DNA from: Cyanobacteria bacterium P01_A01_bin.123
GTDB lineage: Bacteria; Cyanobacteriota; Cyanobacteriia; Phormidesmidales; Phormidesmidaceae
Reading direction: 5' to 3'
DNA length: 64,000 nucleotides
NCBI GenBank assembly: GCA_039815185.1
Contig: JBCBZT010000025.1
Location: 32,001-96,000 of the forward strand
Position numbers and translations under genes: made by a program. This document shows, piece by piece, positions 27,913-36,885 of the stretch; within the stretch, counting starts at the first letter, position 1, and each line of letters starts with the position of its first letter. A model generated the notes under the pieces. The model did not search any database and was not told the DNA's origin. It saw nothing but the letters and a program-made list of their open reading frames with translations.

Positions 27913-29154
27913 TTAAGGGCTGCTGGCTTCGCAGGCGATCAGCTTTTCTAGAATCGCGATCGCCTCCGGATTTCCCCCCTGCCTCACCTGATCTTCCATG
28001 GCCACATTTAGCAACTCCATTTGCAACCGCATGAGGTAAGCCTGCTCAACGTCATAGCTCTCTGGTTCTACCACTTTGCCCGTGCGGGTGAGATTTTGCT
28101 GGTAGGACAAACCAACGTCAAACTCTACCTCATCGGCTAAGGCATTGAGCACAAACTGTTGTTCTGGACGGCTGATCGCGGCTAGATCGGCCATGGGTTG
28201 ATTCAAAATGCGATCGCGCTCAGCTTCGGTCACCTGCCGTTGCAACCAAGCTTCCACCGTGGAGATTGGCCAGTCTGAAGTTTGCTCATCGATCTTGGCA
28301 AACGCATGGGCTTCCGCAAAAGACACCGTCCCATTGTTGTCATAGTCGGCGGAGTCTACCGTTTCTCCAGTGCGATCGACGCCACTGAGTCCGGCAAAGA
28401 AGCTAGAACTGTAGTCTCTATAGTCAGCTTCATCAACTTTTGGGGTACAGCCCACTGAGGGACGCGTGGCCACAGTGGCAAAAAAGCCACAGCGGGTTTG
28501 CAAGGCTACGGGCTGGTCAGGGTCGCCCCCTTCATAAATCAAATTGGTAAAGGAACCTGAAAAGCACTGGGCCATCATAGTAACAAAGGGCTGCTCTGAA
28601 GATTGATTGAGCTCGGTGCGATCGAGCAGACGGGCTAGGGTGCGTACAGAGTAAGCGTCATCGCCCCAGAGCAACAAGGCATTATCGTCAGCGTTGCGGC
28701 GGTTGAATGAACCGTGCCCAGTGAAATAGAAAAAGGTAGGACAGTCCGTTGATTGATTGGCCACCCACTGGCTTAAATTACGACGGGTTGAAGCTCCTTC
28801 CAAACCTGGAATTTCTGGCGGCTTAAACCGTTCGCGTCCCCAGTTGTTGAGGTAGCGAACGGTCGCTTGACCGTCGTTACCATTGGCAAAAAACAGGCTG
28901 GCCGAGGCGGGGTCAAAGCCCAAAACGCTCAGAGTGCGCTGAAAATACAGTACGTTCTTTTCTAGGGCGATCTCATTGTAAGACGGGTCACCGCCGCCGC
29001 CCATCACCAAAAAATTAAAGGACTGAGTCTGCCCCTGAGACCTGGAATCTAACGATTGGTCCAACGATTGATATGAGGAGGTCGATCGCCCCAAGGCAGT
29101 TAACCCTAACGCAATCGCGCCGACTATCCCCAGAACTCGCCAATGTTTCACCAT
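27913..29154 (-). CDS. Exported clan CD (caspase/legumain-like) cysteine peptidase with an EF-hand-like loop
   Basis: Signal or anchor peptide; His-Cys dyad in FFYFTGHGS and MAQCFSG; DYDNNGTVSFAE loop. Confidence 0.7.
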   Translation of the reverse strand: MVKHWRVLGIVGAIALGLTALGRSTSSYQSLDQSLDSRSQGQTQSFNFLVMGGGGDPSYNEIALEKNVLYFQRTLSVLGFDPASASLFFANGNDGQATVRYLNNWGRERFKPPEIPGLEGASTRRNLSQWVANQSTDCPTFFYFTGHGSFNRRNADDNALLLWGDDAYSVRTLARLLDRTELNQSSEQPFVTMMAQCFSGSFTNLIYEGGDPDQPVALQTRCGFFATVATRPSVGCTPKVDEADYRDYSSSFFAGLSGVDRTGETVDSADYDNNGTVSFAEAHAFAKIDEQTSDWPISTVEAWLQRQVTEAERDRILNQPMADLAAISRPEQQFVLNALADEVEFDVGLSYQQNLTRTGKVVEPESYDVEQAYLMRLQMELLNVAMEDQVRQGGNPEAIAILEKLIACEASSP

Positions 29155-29243
29155 AGTCCTGACCCAACTTGCCAGCCATCTTCAGTGTACCGTCCTAAAA
29201 TCAGGCCCATTAAGATTCTTTTGATCCCTATTCAAACGTGCTT

Positions 29244-30596
29244 ATGTCCCAAGCCATTCCCGACTACTCCCCAGATTTCCTGACCGAACAAGGCATTCGT
29301 TTTGTCCGTATCGTGTGGTGTGACAATGCTAATGTGATTCGGGCAAAAGCGATTCACGTTGATGCTTTGAACCGCGAAAGCCAAAATGGCGTTGGGCTCT
29401 CTGCTGCCCAGCAAGCCGTGCCCGTCATGATGGATGCCCCAGTTCCTGGAGGCGGCCTGGGGCCAGTGGGAGAAGTCTGGCTGGTGCCCGACTGGTCAAC
29501 GCTAGCTGTGCTGCCCTATGCTCCTGGTCACGCCCGCGTCATGGGCATGATGCAGCACCAGGGTAATCCCTGGCCCTGGTGTCCCCGGCAATTTTTACAG
29601 CGGATGGTGCAGGCAACGGCGGTGTTTGGGCTAACGGTGCAAGCGGCTTTTGAAAGCGAGTTCTATTTGCTGAAGCCAGGGGAAGCCGGGCCAATCCCCG
29701 CCGATAACACGCTGTTTTCTGCGACGGCATCCATGGATCAGCACTACGCCGTAATCAACGCCATCGCTGATGCCCTAGTGGCTCAAAACATTGCTGTTGA
29801 GCAGTATTACCCTGAATCTGGTCCCGGTCAGCAAGAGCTGTCTATTCGCTATGGTCCGGCGATGCAGGCTGCCGATCAGCACATTGCATTTCGCGAAACA
29901 GTTCGCGCCGTTGCCCGTCAGCACGGTCTGATCGCTTCCTTTGTCCCCAAACTGTTTGAACACATTGCTGGGAGTGGCTGCCACTTGCATCTGAGTTTGT
30001 GGCGAGATGACCATAATCTGATGTTTAACGATGATCCAGGCAAAGCAGGGCAGCTTTCTGATCAAGCCAGTGCCTTTGTCGCTGGGATTTTGCGTCACTT
30101 ACCAGCGCTGATGGCGATTACCACCCCCATCCCTAACTCCTACCGCCGCATTCAACCCCACTGTTGGAGCGGTGCCTTTCGCACTTGGGGCTACGACAAT
30201 CGGGAAGCGGCGGTGCGTGTACCGAGCAGTCTCAACGGCCCTAGTCCTAACCAAATTGAACTCAAAACCGTGGACAATGCAGCTAATCCCTACCTGGCCT
30301 TGGGTTGCGTCATTGCGGCTGGGCTCGATGGCCTCAAACATAGACTGCGCCTAGAGTCTCCCGTCAATATCGACCCCGGCTCAATATCTGACGCGGAACG
30401 CAGCCAACGGGGCATTAACCCATTGCCGAATGATCTCAAAGACGCGATCGCCCATTTGCGCCAAAACACACTGCTGACTCGCGCCCTGGGCAAATCGTTA
30501 ACCCAAACTTTTCTGGCTGTCCGGCAAGCTGAGTGGGAAGCCATGCATGACCTGTCTTTAGAAGCAGAAGTCAAGCTGCTATTGGAGCGATACTAG
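29244..30596 (+). CDS. Glutamine synthetase-like gamma-glutamyl ligase (GlnA-like; not the canonical GSI)
   Basis: ESEFYL, ESGPGQQEL, GSGCHLHLS, WGYDNREAAVRVP and NPYL motifs. Confidence 0.88.
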   Translation: MSQAIPDYSPDFLTEQGIRFVRIVWCDNANVIRAKAIHVDALNRESQNGVGLSAAQQAVPVMMDAPVPGGGLGPVGEVWLVPDWSTLAVLPYAPGHARVMGMMQHQGNPWPWCPRQFLQRMVQATAVFGLTVQAAFESEFYLLKPGEAGPIPADNTLFSATASMDQHYAVINAIADALVAQNIAVEQYYPESGPGQQELSIRYGPAMQAADQHIAFRETVRAVARQHGLIASFVPKLFEHIAGSGCHLHLSLWRDDHNLMFNDDPGKAGQLSDQASAFVAGILRHLPALMAITTPIPNSYRRIQPHCWSGAFRTWGYDNREAAVRVPSSLNGPSPNQIELKTVDNAANPYLALGCVIAAGLDGLKHRLRLESPVNIDPGSISDAERSQRGINPLPNDLKDAIAHLRQNTLLTRALGKSLTQTFLAVRQAEWEAMHDLSLEAEVKLLLERY

Positions 30597-30597
30597 A

Positions 30598-32376
30598 CTA
30601 GTTGCCCCGAGACTGAGTGATCCGAACAAAGGATGATCCCACAATGCGGGGTTGGCCCTCAGTTATCTGTACTGTGTAGGTACGCTCTTCCCGTTGCGTA
30701 CTGCCATCTGGATAAACATAAGTGTTTTGACCGATTAACTCTATGGCTTCGTCGGTTTGATTGGTAACCCGTAAATTTTCTACTGTTACCTGCTGGAACT
30801 GCCCGAAGAAGTTGGGGTCAAATTGTTGTGCTAAAGTACCACCCGTCAAAGATCGAGCCGCATCCCAAGTCTGATTTGACACGTGACTATAAAAATTCCC
30901 CACCGTTGTTTGGGCTTCTGCTGGCGTAAGCGCTACCGCTGATTCTGGCGGATCTACAGCAGCTGCATCATCAGTAGGTGGATCTGTCGGCTCAGATTCT
31001 GGCGTTGTTTCTGCTGTTGGGGGAACAACAGGTGCTGGCGTTGGCTCAGGATTTTGCGTCTCCTCTGACGGTGGTGCATTCGGTTCTGTTGGTGTGTCCG
31101 GAATGATTGCGTCTATATCGGGTTCTGGGGATGAGTCTAAGGACGACGATTCTGGGTTTGGAGTAGCGGTCTCGACCGTGGGGGTAGGCGTGCAGGCCCG
31201 CCATGTGAATAAGCCTAAAACCAGCAGCGTGCCGATGCCAATGCCAATGGGTAGAGCCAGTTTTCGAGGGGGCTGGGGGTGGCTTGAACGGGGTGCTGCA
31301 TAGGGGCTAGGCGTACGCTCGGTTACTGCTGCCTTAGCAGGACGCCGTCCCACAGCGACGGTTCGGACTGCCATAGAGGGCGATGGCTGAGGCGTATTGC
31401 CCGCTCCAGCGTGAGGGGGCAAGGCATTGTTGGGTTGAGGGTAGGCCGTTGATTCGGACTGCCCATAACTTAGGGCAGGGTTAGTGTTTGCAACGGGGGG
31501 TGTAGATTGGCTGCGGTCAGGAAATGCCGATCGGAGGGCTGCTAAAGCCTCTCCTGCAGTGGAATAGCGACTGCGGAAGTCATATCGCACCATGTAGTCT
31601 AACAACGCGATTAGGCTAGGGTGGCTGTGGGGGGCCAGGGTGTGCCAGTCAAGTTCACCCGTTTGAGGATGGGGTTGAATCATGATTGGGTGTTGGCCTG
31701 TTAGGGCCTGCACGGCAATCATGCCAGCAGCATAGACATCGCTACTAAACTGGGGGCGACCCGCGATTTGTTCATTCGGCATGTAACCCCGAGTGCCAAT
31801 CGAAATGGTTTGACTGACATTCGAGGATGATACAGAGGTTTGAGTGCTGACCTGTTTCACGGCACCAAAATCAATCAGCACAATTCGATTATCGCGGCTT
31901 CTCCGAATCAGATTAGAGGGTTTCAGGTCGCGATGAATCACACTTTGCTCGTGGACGAAGGCTAAGGTACCCAAGATGTCGTCCAAAAAGGCGACCACCT
32001 GACTGTCAGTCCAGGGGGTTGCCGTCGTGAGTTCGGCATCTAAGGCATGACCCTCAATTAGTTCTTGGGCCAGGTAAAATTCTTGGTTGTCCTCGAAGTG
32101 GGCCAGCAGGCGAGGAATTTGAGGGTGGGAGCCTAGCTGGTAAAGCGTTTGCGCTTCGGTATCAAAGAGGCGTCTGGCCACCTCTAGATCTTTAGCACTG
32201 TTGACCTGGGGCTGGAGCTGTTTGACAACGCATGACGGATGTCCGGGAAGATGAAGATCTTGAGCGACAAAGGTCTGCCCAAAACCGCCAGCGCCAAGTT
32301 GCTGAACGATTTGGTAGCGTCCGCCCAGAGATTTAGCTGACTCCGAGCGAAAATGCCGAAGAAAATTGAGTGCCAT
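30598..32376 (-). CDS. Membrane-bound Hanks-type Ser/Thr protein kinase
   Basis: LGAGGFG, VVKQL, HRDLKPSN and DFG motifs; one TM; Pro/Thr/Glu-rich linker; C-terminal extracytoplasmic domain. Confidence 0.93.
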   Translation of the reverse strand: MALNFLRHFRSESAKSLGGRYQIVQQLGAGGFGQTFVAQDLHLPGHPSCVVKQLQPQVNSAKDLEVARRLFDTEAQTLYQLGSHPQIPRLLAHFEDNQEFYLAQELIEGHALDAELTTATPWTDSQVVAFLDDILGTLAFVHEQSVIHRDLKPSNLIRRSRDNRIVLIDFGAVKQVSTQTSVSSSNVSQTISIGTRGYMPNEQIAGRPQFSSDVYAAGMIAVQALTGQHPIMIQPHPQTGELDWHTLAPHSHPSLIALLDYMVRYDFRSRYSTAGEALAALRSAFPDRSQSTPPVANTNPALSYGQSESTAYPQPNNALPPHAGAGNTPQPSPSMAVRTVAVGRRPAKAAVTERTPSPYAAPRSSHPQPPRKLALPIGIGIGTLLVLGLFTWRACTPTPTVETATPNPESSSLDSSPEPDIDAIIPDTPTEPNAPPSEETQNPEPTPAPVVPPTAETTPESEPTDPPTDDAAAVDPPESAVALTPAEAQTTVGNFYSHVSNQTWDAARSLTGGTLAQQFDPNFFGQFQQVTVENLRVTNQTDEAIELIGQNTYVYPDGSTQREERTYTVQITEGQPRIVGSSFVRITQSRGN

Positions 32377-32510
32377 GGCTGTCCAGGTCAACGACGCTGA
32401 GTGAACTTGTCATCCATTGAGCAATGTTACTGTATGACACTATGGATCTGGATATGGCCAAGGTGTATTTTGAAAATTGTTAGACTTCGAGTTAGCAAGT
32501 CGCCAATGTC

Positions 32511-32792
32511 ATGCAAGTCAAGGTCATTGAAGAATACAGAACGCCTTATCATGACCCGATCACATTTGCAGCAGGCGAAGCTGTAGACGTTGGTCACCGG
32601 GATGATGAGTATCCTGGCTGGATCTGGGCAAAGACCAAAAGTGGCAATCAGGGTTGGGTATCCGAATCCATTCTGAAAATTGACAGCCTAGGTTCACAAG
32701 CGATCGCCCTTGAGGCCTATTCGGCTAAAGAACTCAATACCTACTCTGGTGAATGGCTGATGGTTCATCGAGCGCTCAATCAGAAGGCATAG
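32511..32792 (+). pseudogene. SH3-domain protein, apparently truncated in its second SH3 repeat
   Basis: First SH3 (YPGWIW...GNQGWVSE) is complete; the second (YSAKELN...HRALN) ends before the GW motifs. Confidence 0.55.
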
Positions 32793-32962
32793 CTCTCAAC
32801 AGGCTTTACGCTTACCATATGGTTAGAAATCCAGGTTCAGGTAAGGTTCTAGCAAAAAATGGGTTTACCCAGGAAGGTGTTCTACACCAACGGGTACGAA
32901 AGTGGGGAATCTATGAAGATGTGAAATTATGGGCCATTCTTCGGAAAAACTGGCATGGCTAG
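32780..32962 (+). pseudogene. C-terminal fragment of a RimJ/RimL-type GNAT acetyltransferase
   Basis: LNRLYAYHMVRNPGSGKVLAKNGFTQEG...KWGIYED with no N-terminal portion. Confidence 0.65.
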
Positions 32963-33052
32963 TTGCGTAGTACTGATTATGTTGGGTGCAATATGATACG
33001 TCCCGCTAAGCTCCGGGAAAAATGATGGCAAATAGACATTTACAGATGTGCA

Positions 33053-33661
33053 ATGAACCCGCAACAAACTGCGCTGATCTTGATCGGTTATCAAAACGAC
33101 TACTTTTCATCTGATGGCATCCTGCATACCGTCATTGAAGAGTCCTCTAAAGTTACCAATATTTTGACCAACACCGTTCGCCTGCTAGAAGCCTTAGCTA
33201 GCACCCCGGTTTTGACGATTTCAACGCCTATTTTCTTTACCCCCGCCTACGAAGAACTCTCAGATCCGGTTGGTATCCTCAAAACCATCAAGGATGTTGG
33301 GGCGTTTCAAGCCAATAAATCCGGATCTGCTGCCATTCAAGAACTCCAGCCTTTTCAATCGAAGATCGTTGAAGTTCCTGGCAAACGTGGACTCAATGCC
33401 TTTGTGAACACTCCCTTGGCCGGTCTGCTCAAGCAGAACCAGATTACTGACGTGGTGTTGGCGGGTGCGGTCACCTCCATTTGCATCGATTCCACGGGTC
33501 GCTCAGCCCACGAGCAAGGCTTTAACGTTGCCATCTTGTCAGACTGCACCTCTGCGCGGACGACCTTCGAACAAAATTTCTACTGCGAGAGCATTTTTCC
33601 GCTCTATGCCAATGTGATGACCCATGAGGAGTTATTGCAGCAGTTTGCCGTAGCCCCATGA
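33053..33661 (+). CDS. Isochorismatase/cysteine hydrolase fold protein with the catalytic Asp replaced by Gly
   Basis: TALILIGYQNDYF, GKRGLNAF and AGAVTSICIDSTGRSAHEQGF motifs. Confidence 0.85.
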   Translation: MNPQQTALILIGYQNDYFSSDGILHTVIEESSKVTNILTNTVRLLEALASTPVLTISTPIFFTPAYEELSDPVGILKTIKDVGAFQANKSGSAAIQELQPFQSKIVEVPGKRGLNAFVNTPLAGLLKQNQITDVVLAGAVTSICIDSTGRSAHEQGFNVAILSDCTSARTTFEQNFYCESIFPLYANVMTHEELLQQFAVAP

Positions 33662-35073
33662 TTGGAGAATCAGGTGTTGTGTCAAATGATGAACTCCACA
33701 CCCAAATTCAATATCGCCTGATTGAAAGACTTTCCGAATCGGAACGTCGCTATCGGGAACTGGTTGAAAACCTCTCCGAAATTGTCTTTCGCTGTGATAG
33801 CAACGGTCAGCTTGTTTTCTTAAATCGGTCTTGGACAGAGACTTTAGGGTACGGTGAAGCAGATTCTTTAGGGCGATCGCTAACGGATTTTTTAGCGATC
33901 AACCAGCCAGAGCATCATCAACAGCTTGAAAACTGGCAACAGCAGAGGCTGACTGTCACTGCTGAGGAACTACCCTTTTGCCATCAGTCAGGGAAAATTT
34001 TGTGGCTAGAACTCTCAGCTCGTGCGGATAAAAGCGGCGGATATGCAGGATCCCTGGTGAATATTACCGAGCGCAAACAGGCTGAAATTGCACTCTCAGA
34101 GCTCAACGAAACCCTTGAACATCGAATCAATCAGCGCACCCATCAACTCCAACAAGCCAATCAACAACTCCAAACCTCAGAGAAGCAGCTGAGAGCTCAG
34201 GCAGCGGAGCTGGATCAGACCCTCCAGCATCTAAAGGAAACCCAATCTCAACTGGTTCAAACCGAAAAGATGTCGAGTTTGGGGCAGCTAGTTGCCGGAA
34301 TTGCCCATGAAATCAATAATCCCGTCAACTTTATTGAAGGCAATCTGATTCATGCCCATAGCTATACTCAGACCCTCTTAAAGATTTTGTCGCTTTATCA
34401 AACCCAATATCCCACTCCCCATCCCCAAATTCAGGCTGAAATTGAGGGGGATGAGCTTGAATTTTTGGCCGATGACTTCCCCAAATTGCTAGCCTCTATG
34501 CAGACTGGGGCAGCGCGTATTAGCCAAATTGTCACCTCTTTGCGCAACTTTTCGCGCCTAGACGAAACGGGCATTAAACGGGTTGATATTCACCAGGGTA
34601 TTGAAAATACATTGCTCATCTTGGCCCATCGTTTGCGGTCAACTCCTCTCCGCCCTGCCATTGAAGTCATCAAGGACTACAGCACGCTACCCCTCATTGA
34701 ATGCTTTGCTGGACGACTCAACCAAGTATTTATGAATCTGCTCAGCAATGCCATCGATGCACTAGATTACCCACCCGTCTCTGCGACTGAGTGGCAACCC
34801 ACGCTCCGCATCCACACGGCAAACGCTGAGAACAACCAGATCAAAATTGCGATCGCAGACAATGGCATTGGGATGACAGATAGTGTGAGGCAGCGGATCT
34901 TCGAGCCTTTTTTCACGACTAAACCCATCGGCCGGGGGACGGGCTTGGGGCTATCCATGAGCTACCAAATTATTGTTGAGCAGCACCAGGGCTCGCTAAC
35001 CTGCCGATCGACCCCTAATCAAAGCAGCGAATTTTGCATCGTACTGCCCATCATGCACCCAGTTTGGGGATAA
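33658..35073 (+). CDS. Cytoplasmic PAS-domain histidine kinase
   Basis: PAS domain, coiled coil, AHEINNP H-box, NQVFMNLLSNAIDA and GTGLGL; ATGA overlap with the upstream gene; no TM. Confidence 0.92.
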   Translation: MIGESGVVSNDELHTQIQYRLIERLSESERRYRELVENLSEIVFRCDSNGQLVFLNRSWTETLGYGEADSLGRSLTDFLAINQPEHHQQLENWQQQRLTVTAEELPFCHQSGKILWLELSARADKSGGYAGSLVNITERKQAEIALSELNETLEHRINQRTHQLQQANQQLQTSEKQLRAQAAELDQTLQHLKETQSQLVQTEKMSSLGQLVAGIAHEINNPVNFIEGNLIHAHSYTQTLLKILSLYQTQYPTPHPQIQAEIEGDELEFLADDFPKLLASMQTGAARISQIVTSLRNFSRLDETGIKRVDIHQGIENTLLILAHRLRSTPLRPAIEVIKDYSTLPLIECFAGRLNQVFMNLLSNAIDALDYPPVSATEWQPTLRIHTANAENNQIKIAIADNGIGMTDSVRQRIFEPFFTTKPIGRGTGLGLSMSYQIIVEQHQGSLTCRSTPNQSSEFCIVLPIMHPVWG

Positions 35074-35108
35074 CTAGTGCGAAGTTTCAGGGCCACAGAG
35101 CGAGTCAT

Positions 35109-36056
35109 TTACAGATCTGCGAAGCGATCTGTAGCATGAATCAATGCGTCTGTAATACCAGCTTCTGTGACAGAGTGGCCGGCATCTGGAATGACGATAA
35201 ACTCCGCTTCTGGCCAAGCGCAGTGCAGTTCCCAAGCAGAAACCATAGGGCACACCACATCGTATCGACCTTGGACAATCACGGCTGGAATCTGACGAAT
35301 TCGATCAACGTTGCGTAATAGCTGATCAGGTGGGTCGAAAAAGCCCCCGTTAACAAAATAGTGGCATTCAATTCGGGCAAAGGCGGCGGCAAACTCAGCA
35401 TCGCCGAATTTGTCCATCAATGTCGGATCTTGAATCAGCTTGCTGGTACTGGCTTCCCAAATCGACCAGGCTTTAGCAGCCGAGGTTCGCACGCCAGCAT
35501 CTGGACTGGTTAACCGTCGGTAATAGGCATTGACCAAGTCATCTTGTTCTTCTGGGGGAATTGGGGCAAGGTAAGCTTGCCAAGCATCGGGAAAGATGAA
35601 GCTGGTGCCTTGCTGATAAAACCAGTGAATTTCTTGGGGTCGCAACATGAAAATGCCCCGCAAAATTAACGCGCTGCAACGCTGGGGATGGGTCTGGCTG
35701 TAGGCCAGGGCCAGGGTGCTGCCCCAACTGCCTCCAAACACGGCCCATTGATTAATGCCCAAATGCGATCGCAGTTTTTCGATATCTTCTACCAAATCCC
35801 AAGTGGTATTGCCCTCTAGCTCAGCATGGGGTGTGCTTTTGCCACATCCCCGCTGATCAAACAGCACAATCCGCCAGCGTTCGGGGTCAAAAAACTGCCG
35901 ATAGAGGGGCATTGTGCCTCCGCCTGGGCCACCGTGTAAAAAGACGACAGGCTTGCCACCAGGATTACCAGACTCTTCAAAATACAGCGTGTGCAGCTCT
36001 GAAACTTGCAGCTTGCCCTGACGGTAAGGTTGAATTGGCGGATAGAGTTCTCGCAT
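35109..36056 (-). CDS. pip: Proline iminopeptidase
   Basis: HGGPG, FDQRGCG, GGSWG, GRYDVVC and AGHS motifs. Confidence 0.95.
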   Translation of the reverse strand: MRELYPPIQPYRQGKLQVSELHTLYFEESGNPGGKPVVFLHGGPGGGTMPLYRQFFDPERWRIVLFDQRGCGKSTPHAELEGNTTWDLVEDIEKLRSHLGINQWAVFGGSWGSTLALAYSQTHPQRCSALILRGIFMLRPQEIHWFYQQGTSFIFPDAWQAYLAPIPPEEQDDLVNAYYRRLTSPDAGVRTSAAKAWSIWEASTSKLIQDPTLMDKFGDAEFAAAFARIECHYFVNGGFFDPPDQLLRNVDRIRQIPAVIVQGRYDVVCPMVSAWELHCAWPEAEFIVIPDAGHSVTEAGITDALIHATDRFADL

Positions 36057-36141
36057 TACTCCTTTGGTACCCTCGCTCAAACATCGCCATTGTGGCAGGT
36101 TTGAAAAGATGGGTAAATAGCGCGATCGCGTTATTTAATCC

Positions 36142-36774
36142 TCAAAAACAACTGGGATCACTGAGCAAAGCGGTCGCCACATAGCCGATTTGACCACTGG
36201 CAAGTTCTACCTGGGTCCAATTGCCTGCCTCACCCATAAAGCGAACTTCGGTACCGTTAGCCAGCGGCTCAAGCACCGGGCCATTGGGTGACTGGCGTAG
36301 GTTGGCGTAGGTGTCCTGGGGATCTTCAACCTGGTAGTAAGTCCGGCGGATGAGATCTTGCCAGATATATCCCCACCGATCTTGATCGACAACATAGACA
36401 TAGTTCCAACCCGGCTCGATGAAGGCCGGCCCTTCCGCATTCAAGGGGGTGAGGTTTGGCAAACTGGTGAGCACGCTGCCATCAGGCTGGTCGCGCAGAT
36501 TGACTGACGTGTCATCCGGGTCATAGGCCAGCATAACCAAGCATTTATCACCCGCATTTTCAGCTGGATCCCATCCAGCTTGCTTGGGAGCAACCGAGGG
36601 GGACTGGTTTGGTGTAGGTGTAGCCTGTGTTTCGGCTGAAAGCGGTGAGACGGACGCAGTTGTTGGCGCGGAAGATGGGCTAATGTCGGGAGCACTCGTG
36701 CCTGTCTCATCTGCCGGTTGACAGGCGATTAGACTCAGCAGTAGCAGAGACAGGCAGGTTGTCTTGAAGCGCAT
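36142..36774 (-). CDS. Lipoprotein with two bacterial SH3-like domains
   Basis: Lipobox LIAC, low-complexity linker, then repeated DPDDTSVNLRDQPDG / DPQDTYANLRQSPNG units. Confidence 0.8.
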   Translation of the reverse strand: MRFKTTCLSLLLLSLIACQPADETGTSAPDISPSSAPTTASVSPLSAETQATPTPNQSPSVAPKQAGWDPAENAGDKCLVMLAYDPDDTSVNLRDQPDGSVLTSLPNLTPLNAEGPAFIEPGWNYVYVVDQDRWGYIWQDLIRRTYYQVEDPQDTYANLRQSPNGPVLEPLANGTEVRFMGEAGNWTQVELASGQIGYVATALLSDPSCF

Positions 36775-36885
36775 ACCTAGACCTCCAATTAAGTCTCAAA
36801 CTGCCAATAACTTCATCAGCACTGGTGCGAATTCCAAACTGTAGATGAACTAACATCATAAAAACGCTGTCACGTCTTACCGTTT

